The notes under the pieces were generated by a model. That model was not told the origin of the DNA. It made no database searches and worked only from the letters and a program-made list of their open reading frames with translations. The translations under genes and the position numbers were made by a program. From Rebecca billardiae RCC1528 (lineage: Eukaryota > Protista > Haptophyta), in the NCBI GenBank assembly GCA_965240325.2, contig OZ251225.1, forward strand, positions 1,674,001 through 1,738,000: 64,000 nt of DNA. The letters are read 5' to 3'. Shown here in pieces: positions 34,376 through 45,109 of this stretch. Numbering within the stretch: the first letter of the stretch is position 1; the number at the start of each line of letters is the position of its first letter.

Positions 34376-36983
34376 TCAGACCATGGACTTGTTCGCCTCC
34401 TTGGCCGCCGCGCTGATGTCGCCGTCGCACGCCTTCAAAATCTTGCGCAGCTCGTCGGACGAGGCGCCGGGGCACATCAGCCGGAGCTGGTCCACCTTGT
34501 CCTCCATCGACGAGTGCTCCGCGCTCACGCCCGACGCGGACTGCACCATCTTGTCGAACTGGCCCTCCTCGAGCGAGGCCTTGAAGTCCTCGGTCGACAT
34601 GGCCGACTTGGACGGCTTGGCCGTCGCCTTGCGGAATTCCTTCTGCGAGGGCGAGTTCTTGCGGAAGTGGCGCTGGATCGTGACGGCGGCCGAGCGGCAG
34701 CCCTCGTCGTAGTCGTCCTCGAGCGAGTCGGACGAGCCCTGGTTGACCGTGAAGACGCGGCGCAGGTGCGTGTTGTGCAGGTTGCCGAGCAGAGAGCCTT
34801 CCTTGAGCGTCGCGCGCCTCTTGCCGACGCCGCGCGGCGCGTTTTTGTCCTCGAGAATGCCGGTGGCCTGCGTGGGCGCGCGCGGGGCGAGCGGCGCGGG
34901 CGCGCAGCGGCGCGGGGTGAGTCGCGCGGCGGCGAGCCGCGCCCCGGGCGCGTACGCGCGTCGTGTGTGTGTCTTCCTCATGGGCGGCGCCACCGCCGAC
35001 ACCGCGGAGGTGCACGCTTGGGCACCTTCGCGATGTCGGTGATGGTGCCGCCCATGAGGAAGATGGTAAGCGCGGCGAGGATGAGCGTGGTCTGCATGAT
35101 GGCGAGCGAGTCGTCGTTGGCGGGGAAGTCGTTGTGCTGGTAGCCCACCGCGGAGATCGCGAACGCGACGCCGCCGCGCAGCCCCGAGAACCACATCACG
35201 TGCATGTACGTGGTCGAAATGGGCGGCAGCTCCGAGTCGGGGCTGCGGCGGAAGAGCATGTTGGTGATGAAGGAGAAGAGGTAGATGTGCGTCCGGCCGA
35301 GCGCGCACGCGATGACCGAGACGCCGATCATCTTCCACGTCGTGCCGTTCCAGATCGGGAAGGCGAACGCCGCCATGCCGAGGTACACGAAGACGAACGT
35401 CTCGGCGAGCAGCGCGACGACCTTGAACTGGCGCGCGGTGAGCGTCTGCGCCTCCTTCGAGAGGTTGTCGCGCGTGTACTTGGCCATCACGATGCCGCAG
35501 AAGAGGATCGCCACGATGCCCGAGAGCTCGAACGCCTCGGCGGTGTAGTACGCGCCCCACGCGTACGTCGCGATCATCGCCGCCTCGACGAAGAGCGAGT
35601 CCTCGTGGTGCCACAGCCCCGCATGCTTGTACACATACGCAGAGAGGAAGCCAAACGCCATGCCAATCAGCAGCGAGCCGATGAAGATCTTAAGGAAGAG
35701 GCCGACCGCCGCGCCGACGGTGACCGCGCTCACTTCGACGTACTTGAAGCCCAGCAGCGTGCGCGAGAGCACGATCGCCACCGCGTCGTTCATCACCGAC
35801 TCGCCGAACACCTGCGGTGGGCGCGCGGGGCGGGCGCGGCGGCGCGGCGCGTGAGCGAGCCGTCGCTCGCGCGCGCGGTGCACCGCGGGGACGTGCCGGC
35901 GGCACGCGCGGGCGGACGCAGGGCACGGCGCCGAGCAGCGGCCGTACGCACCATCGAGAAGAGGTCGACCTTCACGCCGAGCGCCTGGAACACGGCGAGC
36001 ACCGTCACGGGGTCGGTCGCAGAGATGAGCGAGCCAAACGTAAGAGCGGCGAGGCCGCCGATCGGGTGGCTGATGCCCATCTTGCCCGCCTGCCACACGA
36101 TGCCGCCCACGACGAAGGTGGACATGAGCGTGCCGATGAAGGCGTACAGCACCGTCGGGAAGAGGTTCGCGAAGAACGCCTGCCTGTTCGTGTTGTAGCC
36201 CGCCTGTGGCGCGCACGCGCGCAGCAGGCGAAGGAGCGCGTGAGGCCGCGGGCACGAGGACAGCTCACGTGCGCGCGCGCGCGCGGCGCGTGCGGGCGAG
36301 CGCGCCCACCTCGAAGATGATGGGCGGGAGGAGCCAGATCATGAAAAACTCGAAGTCAAACTTCATGTCGCCGAGCATCATCTCGCCGTGGAGCACGTAG
36401 AAGACGGCCGATGCGAGAATGCCGAGCAGCACCGCGACGCCCGCCTCCGGCAGGTAGGGGAAGTGAATAGACTCGAGGTAGTGGCCGACGAGGTAGGTGA
36501 CGGCGAGGCACATGAGGCCAATCACGATGCCCCACTTGAGCGTCGAAACCTCCTTCTCCTCCTCCTCGAGCGCCTGCGGGCACCCGCGCCGTCAGAACGG
36601 GTGCGCGTGCGGGCGCAGAGGGCGCGCTAATGAGCTCACGCGCGCATGCTTGTACGAGCGACGCGGGCGCGTGGGGCCGCGCGGCCACGCACCTCGCGCT
36701 CGTCCTCCTCCTCCTCCTCACTCTCGCCGTGGTGGTGGTGCTCGCCGCCACCCTCAAACCCGGCGATGGGCATGCCGAGCGCGCCATCAGGGCCGTGAGC
36801 GCCAAGCACCTTTGTGCCCTCGTGGATTGCCGCGTCGACGGCAGACTCCACCTCGGGCACGGGCGTGGGCTCGGGCGTGGGCTCGGGCGTGGGCGTCGCT
36901 TTCGCCTTGCCGCGCGCCTCCGCGCCGTGCAGGCATGCGAAGACCGCGAGGGCCGCGACGAGCAGCAAGCTTGGGCGCCCCAT
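34376..36983 (-). CDS. CPA1 Na+/H+ exchanger (NHX/NHE8-like), 5 exons (introns 36692..36574, 36309..36204, 35951..35812, 35025..34868)
   Basis: FFMIWLLPPIIFEAGY, LISATDPVTVLA, VFGESVMNDA, LSGIVA and WFSGLRG motifs; signal peptide. Confidence 0.93.
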
Positions 36984-37519
36984 CTTGTGCCGCCGAAAAT
37001 GTGAGCGGTTCATTCCCCTGCTGCAGCCGGCTTCTCGGGGCCGTGCAGTCGTGCACGGCCGGCGAATCGTGGCCGGCCACTGCCACGACTCCTGGACGTG
37101 AGGTGCTGTGGAATGCGGAACAGTCGCGGCTCTGTTTTGTACTAGACGGAGTCTGTTTCGAGGCCGATGAGGCGATGACCCCGTCAGATCTGATGAGTGG
37201 GACTGCCACACATCACAGAGCCCGTTCTGACCGCCTGCTCAACTTCATCTTTCATCAGCCTCCAGCGGAAGCACCTCGGACATTCGCAGCTCCGGATGGC
37301 CTCGTGGCTTTGTCCTGCTGCCCCGAAACCGGAACACCGGACTGGCGAAGCGCAAGCGCGCCAATGGCGTTACCAGTATGGCGGCACATGCGATCACTCA
37401 CTTGCACGCAAGGGAACGGGAAGGGGGTGATGGGGGCAGGGAAGATGAGACGACTTGAGGGGGAGGAGTATGCGAGATGCGTTTTGACCGTGACCTCAGC
37501 ATTGATGTCTGATTCACAC

Positions 37520-37930
37520 CTCTGAACAAACCTGTGCGCAGTCGACATGCGGCACTGCACCCCGTGCCCCTCGCGCATAATGCGTTGCCCATCGCAACCA
37601 ATACTCAATCTGCACCAAGGCATCAGTGATGGCCATGAATTCGGCCGGACCGGGGGCCTGCTGCCTCTCGAACCTGGAGCAATGCACATGCACAGGGGCA
37701 GTGTAATTGTTGTTGCTGTAGAATGAGAAGGCACACGCTGCCTGCCGGGACTCCGCATCGAATGAGCTGCGTCCGTCGGGCCAGCATTAACATGCCAGGT
37801 CCCGGAGGTGTTAGCAGATTGCGGGGGTTGGGCGGATCACAGGTAGTACGCTTGGCAGCCGGCACGTGCCCCAGGTATCTGTAGTAGCTCTGGTCAGTCA
37901 GGACTGCCCTCAGCCGATATCCCTGACGGC
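37520..37930 (-). mobile_element. Possible decayed retroelement remnant (RNase H-like fragment and YRYLG motif)
   Basis: Minus-strand frames give YYRYLG and WPDGRSSFDAESRQAACAF...PAEFMAITDAL...VDCAQV, interrupted by stops; GC is locally lower. Confidence 0.3.
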
Positions 37931-38109
37931 CGCAGTCGCATCACCGACGCCCAGCCGAGCAGGATGGCATGTCCATGTGACAGGCAGTGAGGCCAGCTCT
38001 GCATAAAATGCAGTGGAGACCATTTGTCCCGGCGGTTGTTGCATGAGCACGCCCAGTCGCCCACTCATTTCTCGCCGGCCGAATAATGAACGTCTCTCTA
38101 GAGTCTAGG

Positions 38110-38225
38110 GCGCGGTCTCAAAAAACGAAACACTCGGTCTCCACGCCGGCCCTGAAAGTGAAAATCGGCAAAATCGCCCGTCCCTTTTTTATTCGGATCA
38201 AAGATCGTCTTTTTGACAGTGACGT
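38110..38225 (+). repeat. Dispersed repeat, inverted relative to the copy at ~48737-48848
   Basis: Shared blocks TCTCAAAAA, ACTCGGTCTCC, AAAATCG, CCCGTCCCTTTTTT and GATCAAAGATC. Confidence 0.8.
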
Positions 38226-38761
38226 GACAGTTCGTGCCCGCGCTGCGGGCTCTGACACTCACCACTCGACGCTGCGCGCCTCCGCGCGCCCTGGCACGGC
38301 GGGCGTGGCGGCGGTCCACGTACTGATTATAACTCATCATCTGATATTATATATTCTACGTTTTCTAGTGACGGTCCGCACGGTCGATCTCAGATCTGTC
38401 CCGGGACTGAGTTATTAACTACTGGCTGTCGGACCGCACTACTCTTATTATTATTAGTAGACTATGTGCACTTCAGGAATCAGACTGCGCGCAGGCGGAC
38501 AGCGCTGTCACTAGTGTCAGCGTCGGTACTCCGCGTGCCTACTAGACAATAAACTTACGTACTTCCTGAATCGGCCAGAGAGTACGTATTCGGTATCATA
38601 GTTAAGTGTATAGTCGTCCGTATTGACGTAGCGGCGCGCGCTTTTGACAGCCGAGTCCGCAAGTCCGCAACGCGCCGACCGCCGGTTGACGCTGACGAGC
38701 CACCCGTATCATGCTGCACTCAGGGCGTGGGAGTCTCTTTGTCCTGTGTCAGCTCTGGTAG

Positions 38762-40362
38762 CTAGTAGCACTGAGCAGACTCCGAAGCACTGCCGGCGAC
38801 CAACTGCAGGAGCTGCTCGAGGGGGAGCTCCTCGGTGATGAGCTGCACCAGCTCCGACTCGGCGATCCCCTCTCCCAGTTCGAGCGCCTGCGCCTCACCA
38901 CCGTCGCCAGAGGAAGCGCCAGCTACGGCGCCGTGCAGCGTCGACGTGGGTGCCGCGTCTCCGCCTCCGGGCTTCAGGAGCGCGCCCGGGCCGAGCACAC
39001 CGCACAAATTCTCGTGCGCTGTGCAGGCCACTGGGCTCGTGTCACTGCCGGTCGCAGCTCCGTCCGCGCCGCGCGGTGCGAGCACGTCGTCCACCGTGTC
39101 AGAGGCGACGATCGTTTGCGCAGAGGAAGGCGCGGGCGATGCCGTCGGCTCCACACGGGCGGGCGCTGGCTCGCAGGGTGCGCCGCCGCTCGCCCTCATC
39201 CCGAGCACGCGCGCGCCACAGATGAAGGCATCGTCCTCCAGCAGGTAGCACTCGTAGGTCTCGCCGCCCGGTCTGAAGGCGACGCGCATGCGCATGCGCA
39301 GCGAGACGCGGCTGCCGTTGACAAGCACGTTGACGTGCGCGGGCGCCGGCCCCTCGACGAAGCACATCTGCTCGGGATCGCGCGCGCGGGCGATCGTCTC
39401 CACCCACAGCCGCGCGGCACTCCGATCGACCCCGCCGTTCCACCACGCGTCGTTCCAGTACAAGTCGTCGCACGCGATGCACGCCTGCTCGAGCTCCTCG
39501 AGCGAGGCGCCGATGTGCTGCCACCAGGCGGGGAATGCGGCGTTGTAAAAGTAGCGCGCGCCGCCCGGAACCTCCACGCGCGTGATGCACGGCAGGGGCA
39601 GCCCGTGCCACTCGGCCACAAACTCGGGCAGCATCGCCTCGCTCGGCGGCGGTGCACTCGGGTCGACCGACTCGGAGCCGAGCGTCATCATGCGCATGGC
39701 GTCATCGAGCGTGACGCGTAGCTCGCTCGCCATGCGCAGCCCCTCGTTGGTGAGCTCTGGAAGTGCAGGGACCCGGCGGCGAGGAGCGGGCGGGCGGGGC
39801 GCGTGCGTGGACGGGCGGGGCGCGTGCGCGGGCGCGCGTCAGCGCGAGAGTGCGTGATCGGAGGGGCCAGGCGCCCCGCGGGCAGCGCGCACCCCAGCTC
39901 TGGTGGCGCTTCGCCGTCGAGAAAGCTGACTTCACGAACACAAGTCGCACCCTGTAGCCCTCGGGCGTGTCCAATCGGACGGAGGAGCTCGTCGCGGTAT
40001 TGCTGCCAGACCTCCTCCTCGAGCTGTCTCGCGACTGCGATCGGCCGCGCCGGAGCCTGCGCAACCAATAGTCCTCCTGGCGTCATGCTCGGTGCTTCCG
40101 ACGCGGCCCCGTTGGGGCTTGGGCGCGCCGGCTTCATGAGCGCCCGGACGGCTGGGCCGAGCCGCTTTATCGTCCCCGCAACGTTCCCGTGCCGCCCACG
40201 GCGGGATGGCTCGTTGGGGATGCAGACAAGCCCAAGGCGTTCGCAGCGGCTGCAAGTCGAGCTCTCGCACGCTTCGAGGTCGCATCGGACCTTGCTGAGC
40301 CGACATCCCTTGCACGAGCTGGCCGCATGCTTCCGCTGCGTGCTTGATGTCGTTCCCGTCAT
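38762..40362 (-). CDS. Zn(II)2Cys6 binuclear-cluster transcription factor with PAS-like middle region, 2 exons (intron 39950..39757)
   Basis: CKGCRLSKVRCD...CSRCERLGLVC; the splice restores the frame into ELTNEGLRMASEL. Confidence 0.85.
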
Positions 40363-40684
40363 CTGCTCCGCCGTCTCTCAGCTCAAGGTCGAATAAAATC
40401 TCGATCGCCTGCCCGCTCTATGTACCGAGCGAGCTGTGTGCCGTGTGCGTCTCTTTATGGCGGGCCGTTTTTAGCAGCAGAAGCATCGTCTGCGTGAGCT
40501 GCGTCAAATCGTCATTCGTCAATCACGACGCCTCATTTATCCTATAAGTCCTTGATGAGTTCATGGGTCTCGGCTCCCGCGAACCGCGAAAAAATCTCCT
40601 GCCCAGATCGACCAGTTCGACCTGCCACACCTCCGCCCGCTGTGCGCGGCTGGGGCGCTCTCGCCGTGCGCTCCGGCGGTTGTC

Positions 40685-41517
40685 GGGTCGGACTGCGGTG
40701 GCGACGCGGGGCTCGAGCAGTTGCAGAGTTGATGTGCACCCCTCTCTGTGTTGCGCGCCTTCCTCGTCCTCGCTTTCTCCGCGCCTTGAAGCAGCGCGCA
40801 CACACGCGCCGCCGCGCACGCGCGGCAGCGTAAGAAATTGCGGGCCGCGCGCGTGGCGCGCGACGGGTCCGACTCAGGGCTGGAGCCACCGCGGGGGCAC
40901 GCAGTGCCATTGCACAAGCACGCTACGCCGCATCGAGACTGTGGGCCTGAACATCAGCGCGCGGTATGCTGATGCACATTCCAAACTGTTCCGTGATCTG
41001 GTATCATCACACGTGCGGCGTGCGCGAGAAGCTTGAATAACGGCACTTGAGTGCACAGGCGCGATCGATGCGGGGGCTGTCCTGTTTGTGAGGGCTTCTC
41101 TGGTGGTGCTCATAAAGTAGTTGCTGAGCAGCGCCGTGTACGTGGCTGGCATCGTGTCTTGCCTACATAATCATCCCGACGCACGGCGGGGTCCGGTCAG
41201 GCCGCGCCTGCGGTGACAAAAAGACCCGTGAGCCCTTAGCGCATGGCGAGCAGACCGCCACGCACGCTCGAGGCGGCGTAGCGTGCATTTGCCATGGCAC
41301 TGCGTGCCCCCGCGGTGGCTCCAGCCCCGAGTCGGACCAGTCGCGCGCCGCGCGTGGCGCGCAATCTCTTGCGCTGCCGCGCGTGCTCGGCGGCACGTGT
41401 GCGCGCGCTGCTTCAAGGCGCGGAGAAGGCGAGGATGAGGAAGGCGCGCAACACAGACAGGGGTGCACAGCAACTCTGCCACGGCTGGAGCCCCGCGCCG
41501 CCACCGCAGTCCGACCC
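40685..41517. repeat. Long inverted repeat (~250-bp arms 40685-40937 and 41267-41517, ~330-bp spacer)
   Basis: The arms are reverse complements with scattered substitutions, aligned by eye. Confidence 0.92.
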
Positions 41518-42141
41518 TCGGAGGGCACGCGCCGTTGGCGGCATTGCCGCAGGCCGTGTGACCCAGCAGCGGCGCAACCTCGCAGTATGGTGCAAGCGCC
41601 TGCTGAAGTTGCTGTTTAGACCTTGCTCGGACAATCTGTTCAAGGTCGGCTTGTGTGATTATTCCAGCTTGCCCAGACGTCGAGAGTTCGAAGGGCAACA
41701 GCATGACACGACTGTCAGATCGAAAGTATATATATACATATATATATGTATATACGTCTGCGAATATTATCAATAAACTGAATAAATAACTGCTACGTGA
41801 CCCGGTGTCCGATTGATGATGATATATTTCATTTGAAAAACAGTATGCGGATACTTATTATACTCCGAGATGCGCGCAGACGAAATCATCATGAGCAGAG
41901 ATGAACCGGGCTCGCGGACGCCGCGGCGTCAGTCTGGCTCAGTCGGTGCCGCAGGTCTGCTGGCATATATATACGGTATGTATGGACCGGGCCGCATGCG
42001 GCCCGCCGCCCGGCTGGGGCTACTCGGCTAGGCTACTTGGTGCCCAAAGCAACTCGGGCACGTAGTGGCAGTCTGAAGGCACGGTCCGAGGTGGTCAGAG
42101 TGGTCAGACGTCTCTGCACCGGCTGGCAGCTGGCAGCATCG

Positions 42142-43455
42142 TCAGCCGTCCTCGAACTCGAAGCGGCGGCGCAGGGTCTCGAGAACGGCTGCGTGCCCGC
42201 GCCCAGGGGCAATATAGGCCTCGTAGGCCGCGCGGCCGGCGGCGCGCATGGCTCGCAGCCGCGCGCCGTCAGCCTCGAGGCGCTCGAGTGCAGGCAGCAG
42301 CGCGTTTGCTCCGTCAGCGCCAGCCGGGACGGTGAGCGCGCACGTGCGCCAGTCGATCACGTCCGCGTACGGCCTGTGCGCGTCGTCGAAGCCGTAGAAC
42401 ACGGGGATCGCGCCGACGGCGAGCACCTCCGCCAGCCGGTACGAGGCGGGCTGCCGCCCCTGCAGCACGAGCGCAAAGGTCGTGTCCAGCAGCTCGTCGA
42501 ACGCGTACGAGTCGTATGCGGCGCGCATGGCCCCGCAGCAGCGCGCGCGTGGCATGGGGACGGGCTTGGCGTGCACGACAGGGTGCAGCTCCGAGGTGCT
42601 GTTGTCGCAGGCGTGGCCGTCGGGGTTGGCCACGACGACGACGCGCCGCCGCTCGTCGTGCAGCAGGGAAGCGAGGGCGCGAGTGAGATGCGTCACCGTG
42701 CCCTTGAATGTGAGCAGCCACCTGCGCCGACCGCCGTCGGCGGCGGCGCGCGCGCGCGCGACGAGCGCGGGCGGGAGCCGCGCCTTGCCGTCGAGCGAGA
42801 GCGCAATGTCCAGGCCGCGCACGAAACGCTCGGCCGTCGAGTGGCCCTGCGCGATCGCCGCGCGGCCCAGGTAGCGTGCGCGCGCGCGGGCCGGGATGCC
42901 CTTGTCACCGAGTCGGCCCGACGGCTGCACAAGGTGGTTGAGGCCGTCGGGGCGCCAGCTCGGGAGGTCGGAGATGGCGCGGAGACAGCGGTCGAGGTGA
43001 GACCCGCCGATGGCGATCCAGAACACGCACGCCCGGCCCGGATCATCCGTCAGCAGCTCGCGCGCATCCGCATCCCACAGCTGCGTGTGCGGCAGCTGCA
43101 CACAGCGCGCCAGCGATGCAGGGACGGACTGCGACGAGTACGCAAAGACGCGAAAGGGCGGGCGGCAGCGCGTGCGGTTGAGGCAGGTGGCCGGCGTGCA
43201 CGCTGGCCCGCGCGGCTCGTCGGCCAACGGCTGCCGCCCCAGCTGGCGCGCATGCAGATATGCCGCCTCGTCAAAGCCGTGCAGCTCATGCAGGCAGAGC
43301 GCGTGCGCCAGGCATTCGCGGACCGGCGCGCGGTGGACGCACGCCACGTGCGCGGCGGAGAATGGGGGTGCGCTGCTACGCGGGCTCGAGCCAGCGGCCA
43401 CACCCGAGCCACGCGCGGACACCAGCAGCAGCGCCACCGCTGCCGCCGCCGCCAT
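42142..43455 (-). CDS. Exostosin-family (GT47) glycosyltransferase
   Basis: Signal anchor; TDDPGRAC, WRPDGLNH, GLDIAL, LLTFKG, TFALV..GR..ASYRLAEVL..GAIPV and PYADVIDW. Confidence 0.9.
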   Translation of the reverse strand: MAAAAAVALLLVSARGSGVAAGSSPRSSAPPFSAAHVACVHRAPVRECLAHALCLHELHGFDEAAYLHARQLGRQPLADEPRGPACTPATCLNRTRCRPPFRVFAYSSQSVPASLARCVQLPHTQLWDADARELLTDDPGRACVFWIAIGGSHLDRCLRAISDLPSWRPDGLNHLVQPSGRLGDKGIPARARARYLGRAAIAQGHSTAERFVRGLDIALSLDGKARLPPALVARARAAADGGRRRWLLTFKGTVTHLTRALASLLHDERRRVVVVANPDGHACDNSTSELHPVVHAKPVPMPRARCCGAMRAAYDSYAFDELLDTTFALVLQGRQPASYRLAEVLAVGAIPVFYGFDDAHRPYADVIDWRTCALTVPAGADGANALLPALERLEADGARLRAMRAAGRAAYEAYIAPGRGHAAVLETLRRRFEFEDG

Positions 43456-43492
43456 GCTGTTATTGACGCGATATTGAATTTATTGCTCGACG

Positions 43493-45109
43493 ATGACGGC
43501 GACGGACTCACGGACGGAGGGCTGTGAGTGCTCCACAGCTGCTCAGTGCTCGTCCGGTTCGGCGCGCACGCAGGGCGACAAGCACGTTAACCAGGCTGCG
43601 CACAATCTGGCCGGCATGGTCAGTGGGGCCTGCCGCAAGTGTGAGCACACCGGCTGCACCACGCGGCCTTTGTTCGGCATGCCGGGCGACGCGCGCGCCA
43701 GCCGGTGCGCTACGCACAAGCTGGCCGGCATGGTCGACGTGAGCAGCCGCAAGTGTGGTCACGCTAGCTGCACCAAGCAGCCTTACTTTGGCATGCCGGG
43801 CGACGCGCGCGCCAGCCGGTGCGCTACGCACAAGCTCGCCGGCATGGTCGACGTGAGGAGCCCCAAGTGTGGTCACACCGGCTGCACCACGCGGCCTAAC
43901 TTCGGCATGCCGGGCGACGCGCGCGCCAGCCGGTGCGCTACGCACAAGCTGGCCGGCATGGTCGACGTGAGCAGCCGCAAGTGTGGTCACGCCGGCTGCA
44001 CCAAGGTGCCTTCGTTCGGCATGCCGGGCGACGCGCGCGCCAGCCGGTGCGCTGCGCACAAGCTGGCCGGCATGGTCGACGTGAAGCACCCCAAGTGTGA
44101 TCACGTCGGCTGCACCAAGATGCCTCACTTCGGCATGCCGGGTGACGCGCGCGCCAGCCGGTGCGCTGCGCACAAGCTGGCCGGCATGGTCGACGTGAAG
44201 CACCCCAAGTGTGGTCATGCTGGCTGCACTACGCGGCCTTACTTCGGCATGCCGGGCGACGCTCGCGCCAGCCGGTGCGCTGCGCACAAGCTGGCCGGCA
44301 TGGTCGACGTGAAGCACCCCAAGTGTGGTCATGCTGGCTGCACTACGCGGCCTTACTTCGGCATGCCGGGCGACGCGCGCGCCAGCTGGTGCGCTGCGCA
44401 CAAGCTGGCCGGCATGGTCGACGTGAGCAGCCGCAAGTGTGGTCACGCGGGCTGCACCAAGGTGCCTTCGTTCGGCATGCCGGGCGACGCGCGCGCCAGC
44501 CGGTGCGCTGCGCACAAGCTGGCCGGCATGGTCGACGTGAAGCACCCCAAGTGTGGTCATGCTGGCTGCACTACGCGGCCTTACTTCGGCATGCCGGGCG
44601 ACGCGCGCGCCAGCCGGTGCGTTACGCACAAGCTGGCTGGCATGGTGCACAGTCGGCTCGCTGTCCCCAAGCGCAGGCTGGAGCATGGCACCGGCGACCA
44701 GGGCACGAGCGCCACAAAGCGCCGACGCAAGCACACCAGCCGCACTGCCGCGGTTTCGGACGTCGCGCCGCCGCGGTCGCCATCGCCGCCGCTAGTCGCA
44801 GTCAGCATCGTCCGCTGGCGCTTGCCAGATGGCACGATCCACTCGGTTGACGACGGGGTGGTCAATGATGGTGCCTGGGCCCCGGACGAACGCCATCAGC
44901 GTGGCAAAGCGCATGATGCAGTCCGGGCTGCCCCCGGCAGCCACGACCAGGGACTACCAGCAAGCATCAACACTACCGCTGATGCGCCAGCACACCTACG
45001 GCCGCCAACATCATCGACAGCGCCGGGAGCGCCGGGTCCAGGAGGAGCCGCACGTGCGGCTCAACTACAGCAGGTCATACCTGTGGTGATGGCCAGGAGG
45101 CGGGTCTGA
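43493..45109 (+). CDS. EsV-1-7-type cysteine-rich tandem repeat protein (9 x 38 aa) with NLS; alternative start at 43616
   Basis: 114-bp repeats from 43640 encode CxHxxCTxxPxFGMPGDARASRCxxHKLAGMVDVxxxK; KRRRK follows the array. Confidence 0.9.
   Translation: MTATDSRTEGCECSTAAQCSSGSARTQGDKHVNQAAHNLAGMVSGACRKCEHTGCTTRPLFGMPGDARASRCATHKLAGMVDVSSRKCGHASCTKQPYFGMPGDARASRCATHKLAGMVDVRSPKCGHTGCTTRPNFGMPGDARASRCATHKLAGMVDVSSRKCGHAGCTKVPSFGMPGDARASRCAAHKLAGMVDVKHPKCDHVGCTKMPHFGMPGDARASRCAAHKLAGMVDVKHPKCGHAGCTTRPYFGMPGDARASRCAAHKLAGMVDVKHPKCGHAGCTTRPYFGMPGDARASWCAAHKLAGMVDVSSRKCGHAGCTKVPSFGMPGDARASRCAAHKLAGMVDVKHPKCGHAGCTTRPYFGMPGDARASRCVTHKLAGMVHSRLAVPKRRLEHGTGDQGTSATKRRRKHTSRTAAVSDVAPPRSPSPPLVAVSIVRWRLPDGTIHSVDDGVVNDGAWAPDERHQRGKAHDAVRAAPGSHDQGLPASINTTADAPAHLRPPTSSTAPGAPGPGGAARAAQLQQVIPVVMARRRV

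Noticed and set aside
43640-44650. Regular repeats resembling a CRISPR array
   Set aside because: They are in-frame 114-bp coding repeats with no unique spacers and no cas genes, in a eukaryotic context.
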